Counted from the whole stretch's first letter, positions 21,081 through 33,465 are shown. The stretch: DNA of 63,145 nucleotides, filler included, from Globobulimina sp. (GCA_003354225.1; 16 parts of 16 records of this genome joined end to end with filler, not necessarily neighbours in it); one strand, 5' to 3'. Numbers and translations: made by a program. The notes: generated by a model not told the origin, from the sequence alone.

Positions 21081-23631
21081 TGGGTTTGCTTACGTTTAAG
21101 GGGGAGTTTGGATGGTCTTTTTGTTGGATTTTTCTCCTTTCTTTTTGGCCGTTTATTCTTAAATGGCAATAAATTGGTGGAATTATTCTGATTGGCCGAC
21201 TTTCTTAACTTTTCACTTTGCATATTTACACGGAATGTCTCTGCATTTTTATTTCTTCTTTTTACGTATTTTGGCATTTTTGGGGATATTTGCACAGAGT
21301 GTAATATTTGAGGAGGACGGGGTTTACGTTGGCGTTGGATATTATTGTTGTTATTTGATGCCATTGGCGGTCCATCATCGAAGCTATAAATTTCTGCGTT
21401 GAATCTCGGGGTTTTTGGATTATCATTCATATCGGTTGTCTGGTTATCGTTCGTTGTGGATAGATTTGCAAAGTTGTTGGTGAATTCTTGTTCCTTTTTA
21501 CTGGCATTAATCTCGTTATTGATGGCTTTTAATAATCCATTATCAATATATGGATTTGCATTGATTGGTAAAATCTGATTGGTGGATAATGGTTGTTTTT
21601 GAGTGTCGCTTTCATTCGCTGGCAATTCAATGTGTTTAGCTTCAGTAAATTCGAGATTTGGCGAACTATCAAAGTCTTCCGCCACTAATCCATGGTTTAA
21701 TAGCATTGCATCGGCTGATGACAATGTAGTGGTTGGTACTGAGTTGTTGTTATTGTTGTCATTCTTCATTGGAACTATAGGTTTATTATCATTGTTGTTT
21801 GTGTTTTTATTATTATTATGCCGGGCCATTTCGTTATAATTCTCTTGTTTTCTTTCTTTTTCATTCTGATTGGTTGTGTCTAATATAACTTGGTTGCTCG
21901 CATTTGTGTCAATGACTTTGTATAACTCCGATAGTTTTAATTGATTTGTTAATGTACAATGGATCAATTTATAATGATCAATATTCTCTAAATTAATATT
22001 GTTCCAATTTGTAATAATATTATCTAAATTTTCAAATAATTTTATCAAATTGAACGAATCTGAGCAAATCCATATATTTAATGTCCGAATATGGCGGGAA
22101 CAGTGGCAGCATAAACACGTTGACTCTTCGCATTTGCATTGATTTATAAAATGGCCAAAATGTCCACATTTGATGCATTTGACAGATATTATTTTATTCA
22201 TCTCAATCTCCGCTTGCTTTTGTGATATTTTTCCTTTTTTACATCTTTGTTTGATCGCATTTATTCTTTTCTTGATATAATTAGCCTGTTCTGGGCATTT
22301 ACAATGACCGGAAAATTTCTTCCCGCAAACACAGGTTGGCGCTGTCGCAACAAATTCGTAATATAAATTATTTCGCAATAAAATCATATATTTATCAATT
22401 GTGCCAAATGGGAATTTCATCGCGGGGTAATTTAATAAGTCATCACCAACAATCAATTTCGGATTAATACCTTTCATAATGATAGGAGTGACAAAAACGT
22501 TTTTATTATCGTAGTATAGGTCCGTTTTGAATGCTTTCTCAATACTTTGGACGCAATCATCAGCAGCAACAAAATCAATCATTCTCTTCCAACTTTCCAT
22601 TTTTATCCATCGCGGTATTTCTAATTCGCAGCCCGTCTCATTACTCATTTGGAATAGCATATTTTTGCACCATTGTCTATTTTTAATCACATTCGTTAAT
22701 ATAACATCCTCTGCTTTGACTGCATACTTATTAATTAATTTTATTATATTGGCACATTGCGAATGAATATCATTTGTTAACTCTTCAAACCATAGATCCG
22801 CATTCTCTGAGTCATCACTTTGCGATTCCGGTTTGTCGGATTTATCTTCTTTCATCGGACTTGGATCGGATTTCTCTTTATTTAATTCTAATTGCGCCAA
22901 TTTGAGCCGTTCTAATTTGATTTGTTGAGGGTTTATTAACGCCGTTATCAGCGGAATATAATCAATTTTCGTCATATCATAATCACATTGCATGGCACTC
23001 TTAATTGTAAACAGGAGAAATGTCGAATGGATATTATCTTTGATTTTGTTTGTAATAATGCTATTTAACGAATTATTGTTTAAAATCATTAATGGGATAT
23101 TGAACATGCACATATTTGTCGGCCGCCATATTAGGCTCTTTTTAATGTAATTTATTTCCAAATCATTGTGTTCAAAACGAGGGGGAGGAATATCCCAATT
23201 TAGGTCCATTAATACCGACTCTGTGCTGGAACCTACGATGGGGTCTAAATGGAGCATTCTTTTGTCATTTAATATAATCGTCGAAGGAATTAAATGGCGA
23301 ATAACTAGGCGATGGATAGGATGCGTTGTATTTGCATTTTGATATATTAATTTAATCGCTTTCTGGTAATCGGGGTTCTTTCCACTGATTAGATTCTGGA
23401 ATCTGTATGTTGGGGAATATACATTTAACGAATTCGATGAAACCTGGACATTACTAATATTGCACTCATTTTCTAATCGCCAGACATCTTTGAAATCACT
23501 CAAATTCGCCGCTTCCTTCTTCAAATCAATTTTATCGATACGACAGTCCCATATTTCGTCGTTTTTAATTTTATATTTGATGCAGGCACCAGTTCTTTTT
23601 ATATTTTTTATCTGTTCAGCAACGACTGCAG
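21077..23631 (-). CDS. Retrotransposon ORF1 (gag-like) with zinc knuckles, 5'-partial
   Basis: CIKCGHFGHFINQC fits CX2CX4HX4C; flanking Cys/His clusters; basic C-terminus; frame open to the contig edge. Confidence 0.72.
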
Positions 23632-23790
23632 NNNNNNNNNNNNNNNNNNNNNNNNNNNNNNNNNNNNNNNNNNNNTTAATTAATTAANNNNNNNNNNNNN
23701 NNNNNNNNNNNNNNNNNNNNNNNNNNNNNNNAGTTGGCATGGGTTTTTTTACTATTATTATCAGCTAACCAAACCCATGGCACTCGATCA

Positions 23791-25851
23791 CTAGACTCTA
23801 CTCTGCTCGGCTCGGCTCTGACTCTGACTCATAAACGACAAAGACTTAATAGTGGAATGTGTTTGAGTGGTTTGAGTGATGGGCAGTTTGCTTGGAATTT
23901 GTGTTGGAGAAACTGTCGGGAACGTATTTGGATTATCAGTTGGTTGCGGTGTCCGTTTTTTTGTTGGCATGTCTGTGACAGTGGGCTTTGCGGAAGGTAT
24001 TTTTGTTGGAGTTGTGGTGGGATTCGGTGATGGTGATCTGGTTGGATTTTCTGAAGGAACTCTGCTCGGTCTCTCAGTTGGATTTAGTGACGGATTTGGT
24101 GAAGGTGATGTTGTTGGCCTTGTGGTGGGATTCGGTGTATTCTCCGAGGGATTTCTTGTAGGAGCCGTTGGTGACGAGGTAGAAATAGTGGGTGCATTAG
24201 TAACGGCCGTTGGATTTGGATTGGGATTGCGGGTTGGACTGGGATTTGGATTAAGTGTTGGACTTTTTGTTGGAAGAGGAGTTGGATTAGGCACTGGACT
24301 CTGTGTTGGGATAGGCGTTGGACTCGGCGTTGCTACCTCAGTCGGACTGGGTGGACAAGGCGCCATTGCAGCATTTGAATCTAATGTCATTGCCTGACCA
24401 TTATAATAATACCATGTCCCGGCAGTACAATCCGCAATCTCCGCCTCATCGCAGTATCCATAAATAGTGGTGGAGCCTTGTGGTGGATCATGAAATGAGT
24501 TATATCCCCACGCACTGATCCACTCTAAATAATAACCACCGGTCGTATGCACATAAGAAGGTTTGGAATCATATAACCCCACATACTGCCATTCGCCATT
24601 AAACGAACTAAATTGATAATTTTCAAGCATATAACACGATGCTGGACCTGTCAACATTTGAATATTTTAATTTAAAAAAAAAAGGATATATATCATTACC
24701 TGACAAAGGGTTTTTAGTCGGAGCTGCTGTTGTTGTGGTTGGCGCAGTTGGCGCGGCAGAGGTAGTGGGGGCAGTGGGTGTTTTCGTGGTACTGTTTGTT
24801 GGTGCACTACAAATATCCCTCCCAGCACCTTTGTTAATAGTTCCATCGTTGCAATCAATATTGCTGCCATCACATCCTTATATTAAACACGTTTAAAATT
24901 AATGTTAATGAAATTAAACAATAAATACACAGTCAACGCACCTGTTCCATCACAGGTACCCGCACTATAAGAGCCACCATCGCACATTGTAGGACAAGCT
25001 CCACCGTCACACAACGCATTGTATGGCTGTGCTGGATATGAGCTGGCTGCAACTGATTGACTCACATAATCTGATTTGCATTCGGTTCGATCACTCATAC
25101 AATTTGTGCACGCCGTGCCTTGTTCGTACGGTGGAATGCTGTTAAAATTGCCAGCTGGGAAATAATTACACAGGAAAATGCCAGCCCAACCTCCGCTGCT
25201 ACAGCCATTGGTATAGCCACAGCCGATATATCTGGTATTGGCCCAAACCATTTGTGTGTAATGACCGCAGGCTCCGCTCGAACAGCCACTGTTATGATTG
25301 CCGAAAGTCCAATCTTGCCACTCATCGAACCAACCAGTCTCGATTTGAGATAATATATTCGACATAGCATAACTGCCAGCTGACACTGCGAGGTTTTCCC
25401 CAACATTAATACTGGAATAACCGCCGGAGTCTGGGCCCCATTTAATATTACCACTGTCGCGTTGGGCTTTGTACGCGGTCTGCCGGTTAGGATTATGGTT
25501 GAGTCCGGGACATGATTCTACATAATTTTGGGCCACATTTTCTAAGCCATCGTCCCATATCACGTGGTTCATATTTGTTGCGGATGGATGGCCTGGCAAA
25601 CCACCGCCGGCTACACGATCACGACTATGTATGTGTTGGTTGTATGTTTTGTATGTGTGTTTGGTATTAAATGGGCAAAGAGAATGATATATATTTATAT
25701 ACAGTTCATTATGGAGATCGAGTATTTGCTGTTTTTCGGTGGTGGACAATGGTGTACATGCCCCATTATTACAGTCTGATGAGAGAGACAATATTGTTGG
25801 GATTGAGAGTAATAATAAAAATATGATAACACTAAGAAAATACGACGCCAT
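23791..25851 (-). CDS. Secreted CAP (SCP/PR-1) domain protein with Cys-rich region and PT-repeat stalk; introns 25625-25702, 24877-24941, 24648-24699
   Basis: Signal peptide, ILDLHNELRDRVA after splicing, NMNHVIWD, VGENL, CGHYTQMVWANTRYIGCG, CNYFPAGN. Three GT-AG introns join the ORFs in frame. Confidence 0.88.
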
Positions 25852-25917
25852 TATTGTTCCTGGAGCGTTACTTTGAGTTTTTGAGTTTTTTAATACAAAA
25901 CATACTTCTCTGAACAT

Positions 25918-26733
25918 ATGGCTATTATTCTTTTTGCACTTTTAATTATCGCAATAAATCAAGCATTGGGTGTTCATACTGATCCTCACAATCAATCCGC
26001 AATTATAACGTTAAATGTTGGCGGTGTCATACACAAAACCTATCGTTCGACATTAACGAGAATCCCTTGGTTTGAACCACATTTTGATGAACACCGACTG
26101 TCATCCATTCCATTACAAAAAGATGATGCAGGCGCAATTTTTATTGATCGTGATGGGAATTTATTTGGCTGTATTTTGAACAGTGCTCGATCAGAATTAC
26201 CGTTTGTAATTCCTTCCGATTGGTCGATATCGCATCGCATTGCGTTGAGAAAAGAATTAGATTTTTTCTTGATGCCAGACCATCCAATTGCATCTAATGC
26301 AGATTTCCAATCTAAGCGTGCATTGATCATCGATGATTTGCTGATGTCGAAATTTCGGATTTATTTTGATTATTTGATTTATAGCGAAGGCAACAAAAAG
26401 CCGAGTGATAAAGTGAGATTTGATTGTCCTGGAATTTCTGAAAAGAGTTTATTGGATAAGTTCAATTTGCAAAAAGTTAAAGTAACTCCGAAAGCAGACA
26501 AACCTCTCATTTATCATTGGCGAATTGAAACAAATGAAGATGAACCAAATGCGTTGTTTTTGGACCACTTTGGAAGTGATTTGCGAAATGATTTGAAGTT
26601 ATCGCAGTATTTTAATGATTTTTATCCGGAACTTTTGGATAAATTCAATATGACCAGACATATGGATCAAGATAAAATTGCTGCTGCCACTGATGTGTTG
26701 CCGCAGTATTTGGAGTTTGTGCGAATTAAATGA
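25918..26733 (+). CDS. KCTD-type BTB/POZ (T1) domain protein with predicted signal peptide
   Basis: ITLNVGG...T.RSTL, IFIDRDG.LF..ILN, L.KELDFF; N-terminus MAIILFALLIIAINQALG. Confidence 0.85.
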   Translation: MAIILFALLIIAINQALGVHTDPHNQSAIITLNVGGVIHKTYRSTLTRIPWFEPHFDEHRLSSIPLQKDDAGAIFIDRDGNLFGCILNSARSELPFVIPSDWSISHRIALRKELDFFLMPDHPIASNADFQSKRALIIDDLLMSKFRIYFDYLIYSEGNKKPSDKVRFDCPGISEKSLLDKFNLQKVKVTPKADKPLIYHWRIETNEDEPNALFLDHFGSDLRNDLKLSQYFNDFYPELLDKFNMTRHMDQDKIAAATDVLPQYLEFVRIK

Positions 26734-26985
26734 GTTAATTGAAACACTTTTAATTATTCATTCATTGACATAATTGAGCTTAGAGTCTTTTAGAATGTAA
26801 TGTTTTGGTGCTCCGTGTCACAGAATCTAATAAAACCACAACTTTGACTAATCAGCATATGCATTATCAACCATGTTTTAAAAAACTGCATCGTCACAAT
26901 GCCGCAAAGATATTAAAGTAATCGATATAACACCGAATAATCTAAAATATCTTTTGATATGTGCAAAATAAGAATTTTACAATGC

Positions 26986-27238
26986 TGACTCAGGCAGGAT
27001 TCAAACCTACATTCATGTGCGTTATAACCACAACATTTAATTTGGAGCATCTCTATGTTGAGCAACAATGAGTTTAGAAATTAATTTGAATTGCAATATA
27101 ATGTCGTATTATTACTGCAAATACAAACCAATTTTTTCAAATGATATGGTACATCATTTGAAAAAATCAATGTTGAGTTTTTATTGGGTGGAACAGCCGA
27201 AACTGCAGACACACGCTCTATCATTGAGCTACTGAGTC
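26986..27238 (-). tRNA. tRNA-like gene, anticodon GCA (Cys, or drifted Tyr), with a 179-nt insertion at position 37/38; possibly a pseudogene
   Basis: Acceptor GACTCAG/CTGAGTC, D stem GCTC/GAGC, anticodon stem TGTGT/ACGCA, loop CT-GCA-G, T-arm GTAGG-TTTGAAT-CCTGC. Insertion 27024-27202. Confidence 0.65.
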
Positions 27239-28224
27239 ATTTAATTCATATTTGCTGTTGTCTTGTAATCATATCTTTCATTTTGTATTTAATGCAGTGA
27301 AATATAGTTGTCAATGGTTTATGGGAACTGCCCTCGATTGCAGCATCCACTCCATGTCATCAAATTGCTTTTTGTTGCTTTTCATGTCAATATTATCCAG
27401 TTTGTAATTTATGTTCAGTTAAAGCACTAAAAGGTTTTTTATGATGATTTCTGAGCAACAATGAAATATTCATTATTTATGGTAAACTAATGATAAGTTT
27501 ATAAGAATGCGGTTGAATGATCATTTAATCCTTCATTATGTTGTTTGGTTAATTGTTGTATTGCATTATTTAATGCTTTTTTTATNNNNNNNNNNNNNNN
27601 NNNNNNNNNNNNNNNNNNNNNNNNNNNNNTTAATTAATTAANNNNNNNNNNNNNNNNNNNNNNNNNNNNNNNNNNNNNNNNNNNNTTATAAAGAATGAGT
27701 TAATAATTTATTATAATGAAAGAAAAGCAGAAACAAGAACATTATTGGATAATTGTAAAAAATTAACTTTTGCGATTTGTATGTATGAAAAGAATAACGA
27801 GATAGAAATCACAAATTATGAATTTTTGTAAAATAAAAACTTAATTTTGGCGGACTTTTGTTAAAAATTAAGGCATTGTAATATTTGGTTAAAAAAGTTT
27901 TATTCACTCTCTTTTCAAACCTATTCGATAGTATTTACCAAAATAAAAACGTTTTTCAGATCTTTATTGGGGAAGGTAGAAGCAAACCGTTTCTTGTATT
28001 GTTATATAGTTAAAGTAGTAATTATGATCATGTGTATTAGACAGTTTTCTGTTTTCCACCAAGTACCCAGTACCCCGGCATTTTTCTAGTATAAGTAAGA
28101 TATTCAAAAAAATATTTAACCGCTGTGCGTTAGTGACGGTAGCGATCGCAGTTGGACGAAAAATATTGTACCCACTCACAAAAGAAATATATAATAAAAA
28201 AGGGCATTCTAGTTTTAATTGTCA

Positions 28225-30966
28225 TTATTTTTGTGCATTTGCAATACATTCTAGTATTTTTGATTTGAATTTTCCATTATTACTATGTTGATATGCGGTC
28301 TTATTATCATAACAATTATTTGATTCATGTTGAATATATTTTACTCTTTGATTTGAATCAGTAATATAACTCAACAAAATCTCAACACATTGAATAGTTG
28401 CATTTGAATGTGATATGGATAAAGCACAATATATTAAAGGAGTGAATCCCTTCTTATCAACATCCAAAATCAGTTGCATCCGAAATGTATAATCAATATT
28501 TGCCAATAAAGTGTCAACAGCTTTTGCATTTCCTTTAAAACAACATAGCATTAACGGTGTGTTACATCCATTGTTATCTTTCATTGTCAGCAATTGCATA
28601 CTGTCTATATTTTCATTATGTGTCCATTCCATTATATATTTAATAATGTCAATTTGCGAATAATTACAAGCAGAAACCAATGGAATATAACCATTTTCAT
28701 CTTTAACCTACAAACAAATATTCATTACACACGATATGAAAAGGAAAAGGAAATTAATTTATATATACCTGCAACAAACGTGTTTTCTCTTCGATTGTTT
28801 TATTTTGCATCTGTTTTAAATACCATTTTAAAAATTGCATATTGCCATTCTGACTCACAAAATGTAACGAATGTTTACCGCGCATTTTATATTTGTCATG
28901 GAAATGTATCATTAATTTTGGATGAGTCTCGCATAAAAAGTTGATTATATTTATCGAATTTGCATTTAAAGCTTCACCAATCGGACTCCACTCTTCCTCT
29001 GTTTTGTCATTTAATTGCAATGCATTTGTAAACTGCTCCTTTGTTAACAATGTTTGTAATAATTTCAGCGATTTAATATGATCAAATTCACATATTTTAT
29101 TCATTAGCGTCTTGCCAGATTTCTGGTGTGATACTAATAATTGATTTGCTTTTACATCGTATGTGACAATTAAGTTCAACATTGATTTCCTGTGCCCAGT
29201 GCACGCATAGTTGAATAATTGGCTTTGTACATCCAATAAAAATGGAGCAATATCCACATAATTTTCGCGAATAAACGCTTGCCTTCGAAATATGTCATAA
29301 TATTTATGTGAGCCAATTTTGAATGTTTCCATCAATGATAGCAAAATTTGGATTTCTCCCACCATTCCAACATTATTCCCAACATCAATTACAACATTAA
29401 ATTTAATGTCGGAATATTTTGGCTTTGAATCGATAAAATCCGTCGAATTCCAACCATTTTTGCATCGGACAACTTTTTTAATACAGGTTTTCTGCGAATT
29501 TATAACATCTATAAACATTCTGATCCCTTTCATCATCGATGGCAAATCATTAAACGTCAAACTGCACCGATTTATATCCAATAAATGTGCCGCCGTTGGA
29601 AATTCTTCATTGACATATTTATGTTCAATCTTAGCAATGCAACGTTTAATCAATTTAATTGGCCCTCTTTTATACCGCACTTTGATGCCATTATCATTCG
29701 CAACTATCTCTTGCATGATACTTTCAACCGCACTCTGAAACTGTTCATCCACAATGCTTCCCCGAAAAAATAATTTATTCAAATACTGACTCAAATCATA
29801 ATGATTTATCGGATTGAAATTGGTATAATACGGCTTATTGCGAAGTAACTCCTTTTTGGTGTATTCAGCTTTGATGCCATTCTCAATCTCATCCTGTCGG
29901 ATAATCGACACTTTATTAGCACCCATTGGATTTTCACAATTATTCACCTGGAATTTCTTCAATTCCCTCCATAACAAACTATGCTCTTTTTTCATGCGAT
30001 TGATACTGGACAGCAGCACAGCTCTCGATAACTTATCATTTGCTTTCTCCGCGCCAATGAACAACTCGTTAAACAGTGTCCGAGTGCTGTCGTGTTCGTA
30101 GGTACTCAGCCAAAGAGTGGATGGTATCAAATAATGTTGCAACCACGACCAAGCTCTTGCGTTTGTGGTGTCGTTCACAATTCTGCTGTACGTTGCTAAT
30201 AACAACTGGAACAACGCAGAGTTGATTGGTTTCTTATTCTGTGTTTTGATGTGATTCCAAGCAATGTGCATCATATCGTCGCTGAAAGGCAACTGTTTGT
30301 CGACACAGTGCATCATCAAAGCAACAATGCCATCCAATGCGTCTGCCTCTAAATTATCCAACGCACACTGCGTAGCTCCATTTTGTTTGTGGAGGATATC
30401 AATTTTTTTCTGCACTTCTGGGCCTAACGCAGTGCCTAAATCTTCAAACTGTAACAACTGTGCAATATGATAATTTGCCCATTTTTCAGCATAATTCAGC
30501 GCAGAACACTTGTTGCCAAAAATACAGGATTTCATCAACAAAGTCATGTTTTTGTGTCTGGTGTCTGTTTGTTCCAAATTGATATCAGTTTTGGTGATTA
30601 AATCTTTGATGTGATTGATATTATGAGTCCGCAAGGAATGATCTATTTGTTCCCAAATAAATTTTTGCTGCTTAGTAATGTTTTGGTTTGGTTGATTGTT
30701 TGGTGATGGATTTGGCTGTTTTTCGTCATCGTTAATCTCGTCAGACATGTTTTTCCTTTGTTTCTCCGATTTATAGCGTTGCAGTTCGGCTTTAACAGCT
30801 TTTAATTCGTGTCGTAACATTCTATTTTCTTCTTCTAATTGTTTACTTATCAAAGCCTTTGTTATGTGTATCAATATTAGTATCTGGCAGTATTAAACAC
30901 ATTCTGTTGTGGTACCTGGATGTGGCTGTTTGCATAGCGAGTACTTGTTGCTGTTTGTAACGCCAT
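28225..30966 (-). CDS. Ankyrin-repeat protein with a central RelA/SpoT-like nucleotidyltransferase domain; introns 30857-30915 and 28708-28768
   Basis: RGPIK..RC.AK, LLDINRCS, VRCKN, YSDIKFNV, GEIQI, SHKYYDIFR. Ankyrin motifs TLLMKSC, SLHFVSQNG, TPLMLCC..GN, FTPLIYCA. Both introns are phase-0 GT-AG. Confidence 0.8.
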
Positions 30967-31017
30967 GATTCACAAGCAAACGATCTTCAAATACTCGAAA
31001 AGCTTTTTTTGCAAAAG

Positions 31018-31538
31018 ATGGCAGATGTTTCTAGTGAAATAAGTGATTGCGTGTGCAACAGCTTTGATTTCCCTCCAACACTTAAATACCACATATTGGA
31101 AGGTCATGCGCCAAGGCAATATTATTATTTTTGGATCATAGGAACAATTTGTTGCGTCATATCCGCATTTATAATGATTCCAAGAATAAAAGAAATACAC
31201 AACGAAGCATCACTACTCAGAGAAAAAATGGATACTGCATTGCTACCGTATGCATATCAAATAGTGTCGATACTGCTGACATTTCCGTTAATCGGTGCAT
31301 TTTTTAATGAATTGGTATTGCTCGCACCAATAACACACGATGTGTTTGTATTTATATTAAACTTATACAATGCAATAACTTTATACGTATTTGCTCGTTT
31401 AGTAATAATGTACCTCGGATCGTATAAATCCGCTATGAATGCCTGGCGAAAGGAATCGACCAAACCCACCAAATATTATGCATCCAAACCATGCTGTTGT
31501 TTGTCGATATGCATCAAAGAAAGAAAAATAAATAAAAA
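31018..31538 (+). CDS. Organic solute transporter alpha/TMEM184 family, 3'-partial
   Basis: TM helices with IL..FP, Y.A..LY.F..L..MYLG and a PCCC motif. Confidence 0.7.
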
Positions 31539-31638
31539 NNNNNNNNNNNNNNNNNNNNNNNNNNNNNNNNNNNNNNNNNNNNTTAATTAATTAANNNNNN
31601 NNNNNNNNNNNNNNNNNNNNNNNNNNNNNNNNNNNNNN

Positions 31639-31985
31639 CTTTGTTTGATTGGCTTGGTTTGGGGTTGCTTGATGGCTCTAAATGTTTTATTTGGGTTTTT
31701 ATGGCATTCTTTGATTAAATTACAAATAAACTTTTGTTTTTCACTTGCATGTTTATTGTTGTGTTGTGGAGGAAATGGGAAATCTTCATCAAAGTCAAGA
31801 TACCCACAATTTTCTGGATCTTCTAATTCTTCATCGATATCATCTTCATCATATTCGTTGTCATCACAAAATGCTAAAAATTTACCAGTTCCTTTAGCAT
31901 TTAAATAATCATTGCCTCTGCCTAATGATGCGTAATATCTTTGTAATGCTTTGTCAATTTTTTCAAAAGCTGACAGTTGTGACAT
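31639..31985 (-). CDS. Hypothetical protein, 3'-partial
   Basis: ATG-initiated acidic domain (DKALQRYY...GKFLAFCDDNEYD...YLDFDEDFP) running into the linker. Confidence 0.65.
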
Positions 31986-32026
31986 TCCAACACTTGCTAC
32001 TCACTACACATCCATAAACAGTAATA

Positions 32027-33286
32027 ATGGCACCATGTCCTGTAACTCTGCATAAATTGTCAGAAGTAGTGTTATGTATTTTATTCGCATTCATATTGAC
32101 ATCATTTATATACTGGATTGGAAACGGTACAAATCACATACGAACCTATTTAAATTATCCAATTTCGGAGCGTCTGTACCATCTGAACATTTTAACAGAT
32201 GACCAACGGATTAGATATTATTTGGGCAAGTGGCATAAACACAAACTATTAACACTGCACCAAGACTGGACAGCATTTAACATCAGTTCAGATATTGATC
32301 ATTTGTCCATATTTAATCAAATGAAAAATAAAAAACAATCGCAAATACAGAAACATTTGCATCTGAGCCAACGTGGATTTACAGGCAAACAAAACAATTA
32401 CATTCAACCCGTTTTGCAGCTGTTACAGTATGCCATATCAAATAACTTTAAATGCGGCAACAAACAAAATGAGATATTAGTGGTCAGTGGAGATCTATGG
32501 AGACATGAACAATATGAAAACTATCCAGTCTTTGGTAAAGCACGCACAATATCCGTAAATGGGAATAATTCATTGATACTGCTGCAAGCAATGAAATATG
32601 CCAGACATTGGAACACTGCATGTAATAATTTACACACATTTGATATTGCATGGGATAACAAACAAAATGGTATTGTATTTAGGGGTGCATCGACTGATGG
32701 ATTTGTACGGAGATCATTTGTCAGACAGTACATTAATTATAATTATAGTTATAACATCGACGTTGGGTTTACAAAGTTATCACTTTTGCCACACGAAAGT
32801 ATCGAAGATCTATTGCCATTGCAAAAAGCTGTGATGAATATATCACAGTTATTGGAATATAAGTATTTGGTCAGCATTCAAGGGAATGATGTTGCATCTA
32901 ATTTGAATTGGATATTAATGTCGAATTCTGTGCCATTTCTGGCTAAACCAACGAGAGAGTCGTGGCTAATGGAAGGGTTATTGGAGGCATATATTCATTA
33001 TGTACCATTGGAAATGGTCAAAGCAAGATGGAATGTTGAACAACAGTATCAATTTTGTTTGGATAATGATGAGTTATGTCAGGAGATTGCACAAAATGGA
33101 AAGAAATATATGGTCGGAAATAATTTTTGTGATAGTAAGCACGAAATGGAACTACAGAGAAAGATATTGGATATTTATTGTCAACAAAATAATTTGAGTT
33201 TTATAGATCAAACAGTGATGGTTCAGCGGGTTACAAATTTTGTGGAAAAACAGAAACATTTTGAAGGGATGCATTCAAATGGATAA
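32027..33286 (+). CDS. Glycosyltransferase family 90 (CAP10/KDELC-like), type II membrane protein
   Basis: WDNK...VFRGAST, DVGF, YKYLVSIQGNDVASNLNW..SNS, HYVP; N-terminal TM segment. Confidence 0.88.
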   Translation: MAPCPVTLHKLSEVVLCILFAFILTSFIYWIGNGTNHIRTYLNYPISERLYHLNILTDDQRIRYYLGKWHKHKLLTLHQDWTAFNISSDIDHLSIFNQMKNKKQSQIQKHLHLSQRGFTGKQNNYIQPVLQLLQYAISNNFKCGNKQNEILVVSGDLWRHEQYENYPVFGKARTISVNGNNSLILLQAMKYARHWNTACNNLHTFDIAWDNKQNGIVFRGASTDGFVRRSFVRQYINYNYSYNIDVGFTKLSLLPHESIEDLLPLQKAVMNISQLLEYKYLVSIQGNDVASNLNWILMSNSVPFLAKPTRESWLMEGLLEAYIHYVPLEMVKARWNVEQQYQFCLDNDELCQEIAQNGKKYMVGNNFCDSKHEMELQRKILDIYCQQNNLSFIDQTVMVQRVTNFVEKQKHFEGMHSNG

Positions 33287-33465
33287 TGGCACAAACTAAT
33301 GTTTTTTTTGTTTAATAATAGTTAAATAGTAGTAGTCGTACAAAATTCAATCAGGACGTAAGTCATATTCCAGAGTCAGTCTTATAGATTGTTGGGGATG
33401 TATAGATGTTTATTTTCTTCGAAGCTTAGATTATTTCCAAAAACATTTAACTTAGCAAAGTGACA

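Larger units (their letters stand above)
19778..23631 (-). mobile_element. Non-LTR retrotransposon (LINE) fragment: ORF1 plus APE endonuclease start of ORF2, decayed
   Basis: A CCHC-knuckle ORF followed by an APE endonuclease and the post-endonuclease KPWWN motif. No introns; the RT domain is not on this contig. Confidence 0.85.

Noticed and set aside
23876-24397. Gly/Val-rich ORFs (also 46584-46790, 13581-13922, 7303-7587)
   Set aside because: Antisense shadows of PT-repeat or N/K/Q-rich sequence.
28050-28185. GC-richer intergenic patch with three GTACCC copies as an ncRNA or transposon end
   Set aside because: No convincing fold, terminal repeat or target-site duplication.
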